From Alphaproteobacteria bacterium (lineage in GTDB: Bacteria; Pseudomonadota; Alphaproteobacteria; Reyranellales; Reyranellaceae), in assembly GCA_019635875.1 (NCBI GenBank), contig JAHBYP010000008.1:108455-172454 (forward strand): DNA of 64,000 nucleotides. Reading direction: 5' to 3'. The notes beneath the pieces were generated by a model, which saw nothing but the letters and a program-made list of their open reading frames with translations, was not told where the DNA came from and did not search any database. A program made the translations under genes and the position numbers. Below are positions 7,894 to 16,282 of this stretch, piece after piece. Position 1 is the stretch's first letter. Every line of letters begins with the position of its first letter.

Positions 7894-8769
7894 ATGACTC
7901 TGACCCGACGGCGCGCGTTGGTGACAGCCGCCGGAGCCACCCTGGCGGCGCCGGCGATCGTGCACGCCCAACCCACACCCTGGACCTATGCCGCCTTTGT
8001 CGCCGCGATGAAAGCCAGCGGCCGCAACGTCAAGATCTCGGCCGAGGACTGGCAGGTGATGCAGAAGCGCCGGCCCGGCGCGCTCAACACCATCGCCAGC
8101 GTGCTGCACCACCATTTCGGCGCCGCCGATCCGGAGATCGTGCGCGCCTTTCGCGAGGTGCCGCGCGAGTACTACCACTACGACTATGCCGCCAACGCCG
8201 ATTTCGCCGCCGTCGCCTACGAGGCGGAGTCCAAGCCCTGGCGCATCGGCCTGGGCTCGGCGCTGTCGGATTATCGCGGCCAGGCCTACATGACCCAGCT
8301 GTGCAGGCCGACCGCCGACAGCGTCGCGCTGGAGATCGGCACCGGCTCTGGCTTCCAGATCTCGATCCTCTCGCGCATCGTCCGCAAGGCCTGCTCGATC
8401 GAGATCATCGAGCCGCTGGGCAAGGCGGTGGCGCGCATCTTCGCGCCTTTGGGCTTCGACAAGAACCTCGAGACACGCATCGGCGACGGCTTCTACGGCT
8501 GGCCCGAGGAGAAGGACGGCTTCGATCTGATCATGGTCACCTGCGTGGCGCAGTACGTGCCGCCGCCGCTGCTCAAGCAGCTCAAGCCCGGCGGCAGGCT
8601 GGTGATCCCGATCGGCCAGCCTTTCAAGCGCGAGCAGTTCCTCTACGTCTTCAGCAAGGACGCCGACGGCAAGGTGCATTCCAAGAAGGATCTCGGCGTC
8701 TACTTCATCCCGATGACCGGCGCGATGCAGAAGGAGCCGCCGCCGCCGCCCGAGCCGGCGAAGAAGTAG
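7894..8769 (+). CDS. Protein-L-isoaspartate O-methyltransferase (PIMT) family protein with Tat-type signal peptide, paralog 2
   Basis: The N-terminus is MTLTRRRALVTAAGATLAAPAIVHAQP. The core motifs match paralog 1 (EVPREYY, LEIGTGSGFQ, GDGFYGWPEEKDGFDLIMVT, GRLVIPIG). By eye it is about two-thirds identical to paralog 1. It has a Pro-rich C-terminal tail, KEPPPPPEPAKK. Confidence 0.85.
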   Translation: MTLTRRRALVTAAGATLAAPAIVHAQPTPWTYAAFVAAMKASGRNVKISAEDWQVMQKRRPGALNTIASVLHHHFGAADPEIVRAFREVPREYYHYDYAANADFAAVAYEAESKPWRIGLGSALSDYRGQAYMTQLCRPTADSVALEIGTGSGFQISILSRIVRKACSIEIIEPLGKAVARIFAPLGFDKNLETRIGDGFYGWPEEKDGFDLIMVTCVAQYVPPPLLKQLKPGGRLVIPIGQPFKREQFLYVFSKDADGKVHSKKDLGVYFIPMTGAMQKEPPPPPEPAKK

Positions 8770-8772
8770 CGC

Positions 8773-10290
8773 ATGCGCCTGGTCCTGCGGCTCGTCGCGG
8801 CGGCGCTGCTGGCGACGCTGGCGCTGTCGGCGCGGGCCGGTGAGACGCGCATCTCGCTGGTGCTGATCTGCGACATCTACAACATGAACGAGGATGCCGG
8901 CCGCGGCGGCATGGCCCGCGTCGCGGCGGTGGTGAAGGCCGAAAAGGCGCGCGCGCCGCACGTGCTGGTGGCGCACGCCGGGGACACCTTCTCGCCGTCG
9001 CTGATGTCGGGCTTCGACAAGGGCGCCCACATGGTCGACCTGCTCAACATGATGCCGATCGACGTCTTCGTGCCGGGCAACCACGAGTTCGATTTCGGCC
9101 CCGACGTCTTCCTCGAGCGCCTGCGCGAGGCACGCTTCCCGGTCTACGCCGCCAATCTGCGCGAGGCCGACGGCTCGGTCATCCCCGGCATCGTCGATTC
9201 GCGCATCCACACCTATGGCGAGGTGAAGGTCGGCGTCATCGGGCTGACGGCGGAGGACTCCCACAGGAAGTCGCAACCCGGCCGGCTGAAGATCGCCGGG
9301 ATGCTGGACACCGCGAGCGAGCAGGCCGCGAAGCTGCGCCGCGAGGGCGCCGACATCATCGTGCTGGTCTCGCACTCCAACCGCGAGATCGACGGGGCCC
9401 TGGTCGATGCCGGCATCGCCGACGTGATCCTGTCGGGCGACGACCACGATCTCTACCTGCGCTACAACGGCCAGACGGCGATCGTCGAGGCGGCGATGGA
9501 CGGCATCTTCGTCGCCGTCGTCGACCTCCAGGTGAGGATCGACACCGCCGCGGGCGGCCGGCGCAAGGTCGCGTGGTGGCCGCGCTTCCGCATCATCGAC
9601 ACCGCCGACGTGGCGCCCGACCCCGATGTCGCGGCGCGCGTCGCGGTCTACGAATCGCGGCTCTCGAAGTCGCTCGACATCGCCATCGGCCGCACCGCCA
9701 CCGAGCTCGACAGCCGCAACGCCGCGGTACGCGGCGGCGAGGCCGCCATCGGCAACCTGTTCACCGACGCGCTGCGCGCCGCCACCGGCGCCGATGCGGC
9801 GCTGCTCAACGGCGGCGGCTTCCGCGGCAACCGCGTCTATCCGGCGGACAGCCAGATCACCGAACGCCACATCCTGGCCGAGCTGCCGTTCCTCAACCGC
9901 GCGCTGGTCCTGGAGGTCAGCGGCAAGGCGCTGCGCGCGGCGCTCGAGGCCGGGCTCGCCGGCGCCGAGAACGAGGTCGGCCGCTTCCCGCAGGTCTCCG
10001 GCATGACCATCCGCGCCGACCTGACGCGGCCCGACGGCGATCGCATCGTCGCCCTGCTGGTCGGCGGCGCGCCGGTCGAGCCTGACAGGCTCTACAGGCT
10101 GGTGACCAACGACTTCCTGGCGCGCGGCGGCGACGGCTACACGGCGCTGGTCGGCGCGCGCATGCTGGTCGGGCCCAACGACGCGCTGCTGGTTTCAAGG
10201 CACGTCGTCGAGCACATCCGCAGGCTGGGCACGGTGTCGGCGAAGCTCGAGGGCCGCGTGATCGTCGCCCGCGGGCGCGCGCCGCGCTGA
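8773..10290 (+). CDS. Secreted bifunctional metallophosphatase/5'-nucleotidase (UshA family)
   Basis: It has a signal peptide (MRLVLRLVAAALLATLALSARAGE) and the metallophosphatase motifs GDTFSPS and GNHEFDFG. A C-terminal 5'-nucleotidase domain is present. The start lies 3 nt after the PIMT2 stop. Confidence 0.85.
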   Translation: MRLVLRLVAAALLATLALSARAGETRISLVLICDIYNMNEDAGRGGMARVAAVVKAEKARAPHVLVAHAGDTFSPSLMSGFDKGAHMVDLLNMMPIDVFVPGNHEFDFGPDVFLERLREARFPVYAANLREADGSVIPGIVDSRIHTYGEVKVGVIGLTAEDSHRKSQPGRLKIAGMLDTASEQAAKLRREGADIIVLVSHSNREIDGALVDAGIADVILSGDDHDLYLRYNGQTAIVEAAMDGIFVAVVDLQVRIDTAAGGRRKVAWWPRFRIIDTADVAPDPDVAARVAVYESRLSKSLDIAIGRTATELDSRNAAVRGGEAAIGNLFTDALRAATGADAALLNGGGFRGNRVYPADSQITERHILAELPFLNRALVLEVSGKALRAALEAGLAGAENEVGRFPQVSGMTIRADLTRPDGDRIVALLVGGAPVEPDRLYRLVTNDFLARGGDGYTALVGARMLVGPNDALLVSRHVVEHIRRLGTVSAKLEGRVIVARGRAPR

Positions 10291-10306
10291 CGAAGCGCCA
10301 ACGAAA

Positions 10307-10331
10307 AACCCCGGGCGATCGGCCCGGGGTT
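10307..10331 (-). terminator. Rho-independent terminator downstream of rpsD, shared with the convergent nucleotidase gene
   Basis: A perfect 10-bp GC-rich stem, aaccccgggc/gcccggggtt, encloses a 5-nt loop. On the minus strand it is followed by TTTTT. Confidence 0.6.
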
Positions 10332-10357
10332 CGCGCGTCCTGCCATGGACGGAAAGA

Positions 10358-10972
10358 TCAGCGGCTGTAGAACTCGACCACCATCGACGGTTCCATCTGC
10401 ACCGGGTACGGCACGTCGGAGAGCTTGGGGGCACGCAGATAGGTGCCCTTCATCTCCTTGTGGTCGACCTGCATGTACTCCGGCACGTCGCGCTCGGCGA
10501 GCTGGGCGGCCTCCATGACGACGGCGAGGTCCTTGGCCTTGCTGCCGAGCGAGATCACGTCATTGTCGCGCACCTGGTAGGAAGCGATGTTGACGCGCCT
10601 GCCGTTGACGCGGACATGGCCGTGGCTCACCAGCTGGCGCGAGGCGAACACCGTGGCGGCGAACTTCATGCGGTAGACGACGGCGTCGAGACGGCGCTCC
10701 AGAAGCGCGATCAGGTTCTCGCCGGTGTCGCCGCGGCGGCGCATCGCCTCGGCGTAGTAGCGGCGCATCTGGCGCTCGCTGACATTGCCGTAGTAACCCT
10801 TGATGCGCTGCTTGGCCATCAGCTGCGTGCCGAAATCGGTCGGCTTGGTGCGCTTGGCACCATGCTGGCCGGGGCGGCTCTCGCGCTTGTTGATCGGGCT
10901 CTTCGGACGGCCCCAGAGGTTGACGCCGAGGCGTCGGTCGATCTTGTACTTCGACGATTCGCGCTTGCTCAC
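10358..10972 (-). CDS. rpsD: 30S ribosomal protein S4
   Basis: The ORF starts [30 protein letters not shown]...GQHG and has a C-terminal S4 RNA-binding domain. Its length of 204 aa is typical. Confidence 0.97.
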   Translation of the reverse strand: MSKRESSKYKIDRRLGVNLWGRPKSPINKRESRPGQHGAKRTKPTDFGTQLMAKQRIKGYYGNVSERQMRRYYAEAMRRRGDTGENLIALLERRLDAVVYRMKFAATVFASRQLVSHGHVRVNGRRVNIASYQVRDNDVISLGSKAKDLAVVMEAAQLAERDVPEYMQVDHKEMKGTYLRAPKLSDVPYPVQMEPSMVVEFYSR

Positions 10973-11170
10973 GAACGGTTATCCTTCGTCACACGTTTGT
11001 CCGGATAGGCCTGGGTCGGGTGCGACGCACCCGGGCGGGATCGACGCCCAGGGGCACCGATCCGCATTCTCCGGAGGAAGGCGCGGACTATACGCATCGC
11101 GCGGCCCGAGTCAAACGGCGAAAGATAAAGGAAAATCAGCCATTTAGATCCCGGCCGAGCCAGTTGCCGC

Positions 11171-12514
11171 TCAGCGCTGGGCGCGGTTGCGCAGGAAAGT
11201 CTCGCGGTCGGCGGGCTTGTCGATGTGCCCGGCCAGCCGCTGCCACAGATCCTCGGCGCCGCTCGCCGCCGCCCGCTCGCGGCGCATCAGCAGGGTCGCG
11301 ATGGGCCCGATGTGGCGCGCCAGCTCGGCCTGGGCGCGATCGAGATCGGCCTGGGCGATGGAGGCTGTCGCTGCGCTGGGCTGCGGCGCGATCAGTGTCG
11401 AGGCGATCGTGCCCGAGACGCCGGCGCCGGTCCGCGACGCCTTGAGCGCGTCGCGCAGGAAGGCCTCGCGCTGCTCGGCCTTGTCGATGCTGGTGCTCAG
11501 GCTGCGGCAAAGCTCCTCGATCGAGCTGGTGCGACCGCTGGCGCTGCGCACGAGATAGCCGGCGATCGGCCCGACATAGGCCGCCAGCCTGCGCTCGATC
11601 TCCTGCAGGTGCGGGCCGATCACCGCCGCCGGCGACGGGGCGACCACCGTGGCGTCCGATGTCCCGGCCGCCGCCGGCGCCTGGCCGCGCAGGGCGTTGC
11701 TCAGCGCGGCGTTCATCGCGTCGGCCGACTCGAAGCGCCGCGCCGCATCGCGCGCCAGCGCCCTGGTCATGAAGGCGACGAGTGCCGCCGGCGCCGTCGG
11801 CAGATGCTTCGACAGCGGCGCCGGCTCGCCGTAGAGCAGCTGGTAGGTGACCTCGTGGAAGTTGCGCCCGGCGAAGGGCCGCACGCCGGTCAGCAGCTCA
11901 TAGAACACGGCGGCGGTCGAGAACAGATCGCTGCGCGCGTCGACCTCCTCGCCGCGGCACTGCTCGGGCGACATGTAGTTGGGCGTGCCGATCAGCGCGC
12001 CGGTCTGCGTCAGCGACGAGCCGCCGACGCGCGAGATGCCGAAATCGGTCACCTTCACCCGCCCGTCGCCCGTAAGCAGCACGTTGGCCGGCTTGATGTC
12101 GCGATGCACGACGCCCTGGCCGTGGGCGCAGGCCAGCGCGTCGAGCATCTGGCGCGCGATCATCGCCGAGGCGTCGATCGGCAGGCGCGCGCCGCCGTCG
12201 ATCACTTGCGCCAGGCTGCGCCCGGCGACGAACTCCATGGCGATGTAGGGATCGTTGCCGTGCAGCGCGAAATCGTAGATCGCCACGATGTTGCCGTGGG
12301 AGCAGCGGCCGGCCGCCTGCGCCTCGCGCTGGAAGCGCTCGACGAACGCGGCGCGGTCGTCGCCCTCGAGCAGGTCGGTGTTCACCAGCTTCAGCGCCAC
12401 CGGGCGGTTGATCATGGGATCGTGGGCGAGATAGATCACGCCCATGGCACCCTTGCCGATGGTCGATTCGATGACGTAGCGGCCGATCTTCTGCGGCGCC
12501 GAAGACGGTGACAT
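11171..12514 (-). CDS. Hanks-type serine/threonine protein kinase, soluble, with two C-terminal repeats of about 60 aa
   Basis: Kinase motifs present are GKGAMGVIYLA, ALK, HRDIKPANVLL, DFGIS and SPEQ. No TM segment is seen. The C-terminus repeats the pattern L..Y(V/I)GPIA..L.R........E.L...L...IDK...RE.FLR twice. Confidence 0.9.
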   Translation of the reverse strand: MSPSSAPQKIGRYVIESTIGKGAMGVIYLAHDPMINRPVALKLVNTDLLEGDDRAAFVERFQREAQAAGRCSHGNIVAIYDFALHGNDPYIAMEFVAGRSLAQVIDGGARLPIDASAMIARQMLDALACAHGQGVVHRDIKPANVLLTGDGRVKVTDFGISRVGGSSLTQTGALIGTPNYMSPEQCRGEEVDARSDLFSTAAVFYELLTGVRPFAGRNFHEVTYQLLYGEPAPLSKHLPTAPAALVAFMTRALARDAARRFESADAMNAALSNALRGQAPAAAGTSDATVVAPSPAAVIGPHLQEIERRLAAYVGPIAGYLVRSASGRTSSIEELCRSLSTSIDKAEQREAFLRDALKASRTGAGVSGTIASTLIAPQPSAATASIAQADLDRAQAELARHIGPIATLLMRRERAAASGAEDLWQRLAGHIDKPADRETFLRNRAQR

Positions 12515-12519
12515 CGCTC

Positions 12520-13392
12520 TTAGCTACCCAGCATCTTCATCGCATTGGCGAGGCTGCGCCGCATGCGGTTGAACGATTCGGCGAGCGAGGCGATCTCGTC
12601 GCGGCCCGTCACCTCGACCTCCGGCGCATCCATGTTGCCCAGGCTGACATCGTTGGCGGCCGCCGACATCTGCCGCACCGGCTTGACGACGATGTAGTGC
12701 AGCATGACGTTGAGCAGCGCGATCACCACGGCGAACACGGCGGCCAGCGCGCCGACATAGAGCATCAGCATCCGGTCGGCCTGCTTGTCGACGACGGCCA
12801 TCGGCACCGAGGCGACCTGCGCGCCGATGGTCTCGTTGAGCTTCCAGCCGAAGCCGTTGTTGGGCCCGTAGAGGTCGACCATGGTCTGCGGCGCCTCCTT
12901 CGCCGTGGTGTGGCAGATCAGGCAGGCCGGATTGGTGATGCGCAGCGGCTTGGCCAGCACGAGCACCTGTCCGGTGGGCGTGTCGCGCGTCGTGACGACT
13001 TCCGTCAGCTTGGGATCGTTGCGGAACCTTTCGATGATGTCGGCTTCCCAATCGACGGCACGATCCGCCGGATTGGTCGGATTGAGCGCGGCTTCCTTGT
13101 AGGCATAGTCAGGGAACTGCTTCTGCATGCTGCGCCACACGGTCTGCGCCGACCAGCTCGGCACCGAGTGCGGCAGGAAGCGCGCCTTCATCTGCTCGCG
13201 CAGCAGCGGCTCGACCTCGGTCGCGGTGTAGCCGCGCACGGCCTGTGCCTGGGCCATGATCATGCTGGCGTCGCGCAGCACCTGCTGGCGGCCGCTGTCG
13301 CGCAACGCCTGGTTGGCGAGGAAGGCCGCCAGCCCCAGCCCGACCAGGAAGGCCACGGCCATCACGATGTTGAACTTGGCCTTGAGTCCCAT
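12520..13392 (-). CDS. Membrane transducer: periplasmic DUF3365/Tll0287-like c-type heme domain plus HAMP, with no output domain
   Basis: The order is N-terminal TM, periplasmic domain with the heme-c motif CLICH (nt 12910-12924), second TM, then a HAMP-like segment (VVKPVRQMSAAANDVSLGNMD...DEIASLAESFNRM). The protein ends right after HAMP. Its stop lies 5 nt from the kinase start. Confidence 0.8.
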   Translation of the reverse strand: MGLKAKFNIVMAVAFLVGLGLAAFLANQALRDSGRQQVLRDASMIMAQAQAVRGYTATEVEPLLREQMKARFLPHSVPSWSAQTVWRSMQKQFPDYAYKEAALNPTNPADRAVDWEADIIERFRNDPKLTEVVTTRDTPTGQVLVLAKPLRITNPACLICHTTAKEAPQTMVDLYGPNNGFGWKLNETIGAQVASVPMAVVDKQADRMLMLYVGALAAVFAVVIALLNVMLHYIVVKPVRQMSAAANDVSLGNMDAPEVEVTGRDEIASLAESFNRMRRSLANAMKMLGS

Positions 13393-13410
13393 GACGAAGC
13401 GCTCCCCCGA

Positions 13411-14478
13411 CTAGCGGACGGTTGCCAGGCGACTGGCCTGTTGCGGCGTCAGCCGGCCCGTGGGCTCGGCCATGACCTGCATCTGGAAGCGGCGGATCGC
13501 CGCCCGCGTCTCGGGCCCGAACACGCCGTCCAGCTGCCCATTGTAGTACCCCAGCAGTTTCAGCGCCTCCTGCATGCGCCGGCGATGCTCGAGCGTCATC
13601 AGGTCTTCTTCAGGCATGGTCAATTCGGGCGCGGGCGGCGTCGCGACGGGCGGCGTCGCGACGGGCGGCGTGGCGACGGGCGGCGTCGGCGGTGTGGGCG
13701 GTGTCGCCACCACAGGCGGCGCCACCGGCGCGAAGGGGCGGCCGACGATCAGCCCGGCGGTCTTGGGCTGGCGCACCACGGCGATGGCGCTGGCCGAGGT
13801 CGAGCCGAGCCGCTCCTGCAGCGCGCTCACGAAGGCGCCGTTCTCGATCATGGTCGCGCTGCCCAGCGTCGCGACCAGCGCCGCCGACATCGGCGTGCCG
13901 GCCGGTCCGGGAGAGGCCTCGAACACGGTGATGGCGGCCAGCCCGTCCGACGCCGCGCTCTTCGCCACGGTGTCGAAGCCGGTCGGCCTGGGCCCCGAAG
14001 GCGGCATGACATCGAGCGCCACCACCGAGGGGCCGGCCTTGCTGCGCGACAGCGCGTCGTAGACCGCCTTGACCAGAATGCCCTGGGTGAACAGGTCGGT
14101 GGGCCGTTCCAGCGTCGCCGAGACCGGCAGCAGGAAGGCCCGGTCGTTGAGGCTGGCGCCGCGCCCGCAGATGTAGACGAAGGCGCCGGCGCCCGGCGCC
14201 TTGGTCAGGCGGCCGCTGAAATCGGCCAGCGCCGCGTCGAAGCCGCCGCCGCTGACGTCGTTGCGGTCGACGACGTCATAGCCCGCCGCGCGCAGCCGGT
14301 CGGCCACCGCCCGCGCGGCCGGGGGACAGGCCGGCACCGCCGGCTGCACGGTGTAGCCGCCATTGCCCATCACGAGGGCGACCCGCTGCGGGCCCTGGGC
14401 GGCGGACGGCTGGATCGCGACCAGCGAGGCCACGACAACCAACGCACCTGCGGTGAGATTGCGGACAGCCAGCGTCAT
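13411..14478 (-). CDS. Secreted caspase-fold (peptidase C14-like) protein lacking the catalytic dyad, fused to a PG_binding_1 domain
   Basis: The signal peptide is MTLAVRNLTAGALVVVASLVAIQPSAAQG. The caspase-like core starts RVALVMGNGGY. The expected YxGHG box reads YICGRG and the expected LDACR box reads LDVMPP. A PVATP repeat linker follows. The C-terminus, LKLLGYYNGQLDGVFGPETRAAIRRFQ, is a peptidoglycan-binding domain. The start is set at 14478 to avoid overlap with the upstream gene. Confidence 0.8.
   Translation of the reverse strand: MTLAVRNLTAGALVVVASLVAIQPSAAQGPQRVALVMGNGGYTVQPAVPACPPAARAVADRLRAAGYDVVDRNDVSGGGFDAALADFSGRLTKAPGAGAFVYICGRGASLNDRAFLLPVSATLERPTDLFTQGILVKAVYDALSRSKAGPSVVALDVMPPSGPRPTGFDTVAKSAASDGLAAITVFEASPGPAGTPMSAALVATLGSATMIENGAFVSALQERLGSTSASAIAVVRQPKTAGLIVGRPFAPVAPPVVATPPTPPTPPVATPPVATPPVATPPAPELTMPEEDLMTLEHRRRMQEALKLLGYYNGQLDGVFGPETRAAIRRFQMQVMAEPTGRLTPQQASRLATVR
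13633..13692 (-). repeat. In-frame 15-bp tandem repeat encoding (PVATP)n
   Basis: gggcggcgtcgcgac occurs three times (the third with one mismatch), followed by a degenerate fourth unit. It lies inside the linker of the caspase-fold protein. Confidence 0.8.
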
Positions 14479-14518
14479 GGCGTGAGCCCCTTGAACGATT
14501 TCGATTCTCGGCATGTCA

Positions 14519-15364
14519 CTATGCCTCGTCGACCACGGCATTGCGCAGCGTGCCGACGCCGGAAACCTCGACCTCGATCACGTCGCCCGCCTTCATCCAC
14601 AACGGCGGCGTACGGCCGGCGCCGACGCCATGCGGCGTGCCGGTGGCGATGACGTCGCCCGGTTCCAGCGGCGTGATGGTCGAGAGGTACTGGATCAGGG
14701 TCGGGATCGAATAGATCAATTGATCGACGGTATCGCGCTGCACTTCGGCGCCATTGAGGCGCGTCACGAGGGTGAGCGTCGCCGGGTCGGCAATCTCGTC
14801 GGCCGTCGTCATCCACGGCCCGAGCGGGCCGCTGCGCGGGAAGTTCTTGCCGGCGGTGACGGAATGCTTCTGGAAGTCGCGCACCGAGCCGTCGAGGAAG
14901 CAGCTGTAGCCGGCCACGTGCTTCAGCGCGTCCTCGGCGCGGATGTGGCGTCCGCCGTTGCCGATGATCACGGCCAGCTCGCCCTCGAAGTCGAGCTGGG
15001 TCGAGGCGCGCGGCCGCAGCAGCGTGTCGCCGTGCCCGACCAGGGTGTTGTGCAGGCGGGAGAAGACGCTGGGATGAGCCGGCAGCTCGCGCGCCATCTC
15101 GGCGGCGTGGCTGCGGTAGTTCAGGCCGACGCACAGGATCTTGTCCGGTGCCGTGATCACCGGGTCGAAGGCGATGTCCTTGAGCGCGTAGTCCGGCGAC
15201 GCACCGCGGGCGATGCGATCGAGTTCCCGCAGGGCGCCGCCGGACAGCGCCGCGCGCAGGGTCGGGAATCGGTCGCCCACCCTGTTGGCCAGATCGACCA
15301 CGCCCTCGCCGGCGACGGCGCCGTACAGCGCGCGGCCCTCGGCCCGGAAGCTCAGCAGTTTCAT
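14519..15364 (-). CDS. Fumarylacetoacetate hydrolase (FAH) family protein
   Basis: The N-terminus is MKLLSFRAEGRALYGAV. The FAH core shows KILCVGLNY..H, FEGELAVIIG and GDVIATGTPHGVG. Confidence 0.85.
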   Translation of the reverse strand: MKLLSFRAEGRALYGAVAGEGVVDLANRVGDRFPTLRAALSGGALRELDRIARGASPDYALKDIAFDPVITAPDKILCVGLNYRSHAAEMARELPAHPSVFSRLHNTLVGHGDTLLRPRASTQLDFEGELAVIIGNGGRHIRAEDALKHVAGYSCFLDGSVRDFQKHSVTAGKNFPRSGPLGPWMTTADEIADPATLTLVTRLNGAEVQRDTVDQLIYSIPTLIQYLSTITPLEPGDVIATGTPHGVGAGRTPPLWMKAGDVIEVEVSGVGTLRNAVVDEA

Positions 15365-15508
15365 GTCGCCCTCTTTAGCGCGAACGCCACAGGCCGGGCT
15401 GTTCCCTGCGGCACGCCCGGCCGGAGCACATGTGGATCATGCGATTACATTACCATTTTCCCCTCGCCACTGCTGTCTTCTCCCGCCTTCGCGTGGGGCG
15501 CGGGGACC

Positions 15509-16282
15509 CTAACGCGGCGTCCTGCGCCGCCGCTTGCCGACGAGCTCGCTGACGATGCCGTGCAGCGTGCGGATCTCCTGGTCGGTGGCTTCGGCCCGGG
15601 AGAACAGCGCACGAATGTTCAGCATCATGCGCGGCTTCTTCTCGGCCACCTTGAAGAAGCCGGCCGCGTCGAGCTCGCCCTCGAGCCGCCGCACGAACTC
15701 CTCCAGCTCGGCACGGCTGGCGACGGTCGAATCGTTCGTCGCCAGCCGCGTCTTGCCGGCCGCGCGCACGGCTTGCGACCATTCATAGGCGACCAGCAGC
15801 ACCGCCTGCGCGAGATTGAGCGAGGAGAAGGCCGGATTGAGCGGGATGGTGACGACCGTGTCGGCGTGCGCCAGGTCCTCGTTGTCCAGCCCGGTGCGTT
15901 CCGGCCCGAACATCAGGCCGACCCGCCTGCCCACCGCGACGGCTCGCGCCATGTCGGCGGCGGCGTCGCGCGGCGGCGCGATGCGCTGCGTCAGCTCGCG
16001 GCTGCGCGCCGAGGTGGCGTAGACGCGGTGAAGGTCGGCGACCGCGGCAGCGACGTCGTCGAACACCCGCGCGCCCTTCAGCACCTCGTCAGCGCCCGAC
16101 GCCGCGCGCTCGGCCCTGGCGTTGGGCCATTCGTCGCGCGGCGCCACGAGGCGCAACTCGCCCAGCCCGCAATTGAGCATGGCGCGCGCCGCCATGCCGA
16201 TGTTCTCGCCGAGCTGCGGGCGCACCAGGATCACGACGGGCGCGGCGCCGGCCGGCCGCGACGCCTTCGACGGCCGTCCCAT
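15509..16282 (-). CDS. trmJ: SpoU/TrmJ-type tRNA/rRNA 2'-O-methyltransferase
   Basis: Motifs present are VVILVRPQLGENIGMAARAMLNCG, MFGPERTGL and IPLNPAFSSLNLAQAV. The track ORF (410 aa) is over-extended. The ATG at 16282 overlaps the stop of the upstream MFS gene (ATGA). Confidence 0.8.
   Translation of the reverse strand: MGRPSKASRPAGAAPVVILVRPQLGENIGMAARAMLNCGLGELRLVAPRDEWPNARAERAASGADEVLKGARVFDDVAAAVADLHRVYATSARSRELTQRIAPPRDAAADMARAVAVGRRVGLMFGPERTGLDNEDLAHADTVVTIPLNPAFSSLNLAQAVLLVAYEWSQAVRAAGKTRLATNDSTVASRAELEEFVRRLEGELDAAGFFKVAEKKPRMMLNIRALFSRAEATDQEIRTLHGIVSELVGKRRRRTPR

Noticed and set aside
2010-10290. A complete lasso-peptide or other RiPP biosynthetic gene cluster. The idea arose because PqqD-like, HprK-like kinase, nucleotidyltransferase and PIMT homologues are all known lasso tailoring or recognition parts.
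   Set aside because: I found no lasso cyclase (Asn-synthetase-like), no leader protease (transglutaminase-like), no ABC exporter and no credible precursor. The PIMT paralogs carry export signals and sit in a separate divergent operon. It is kept only as a hypothesis of an orphan tailoring pair.
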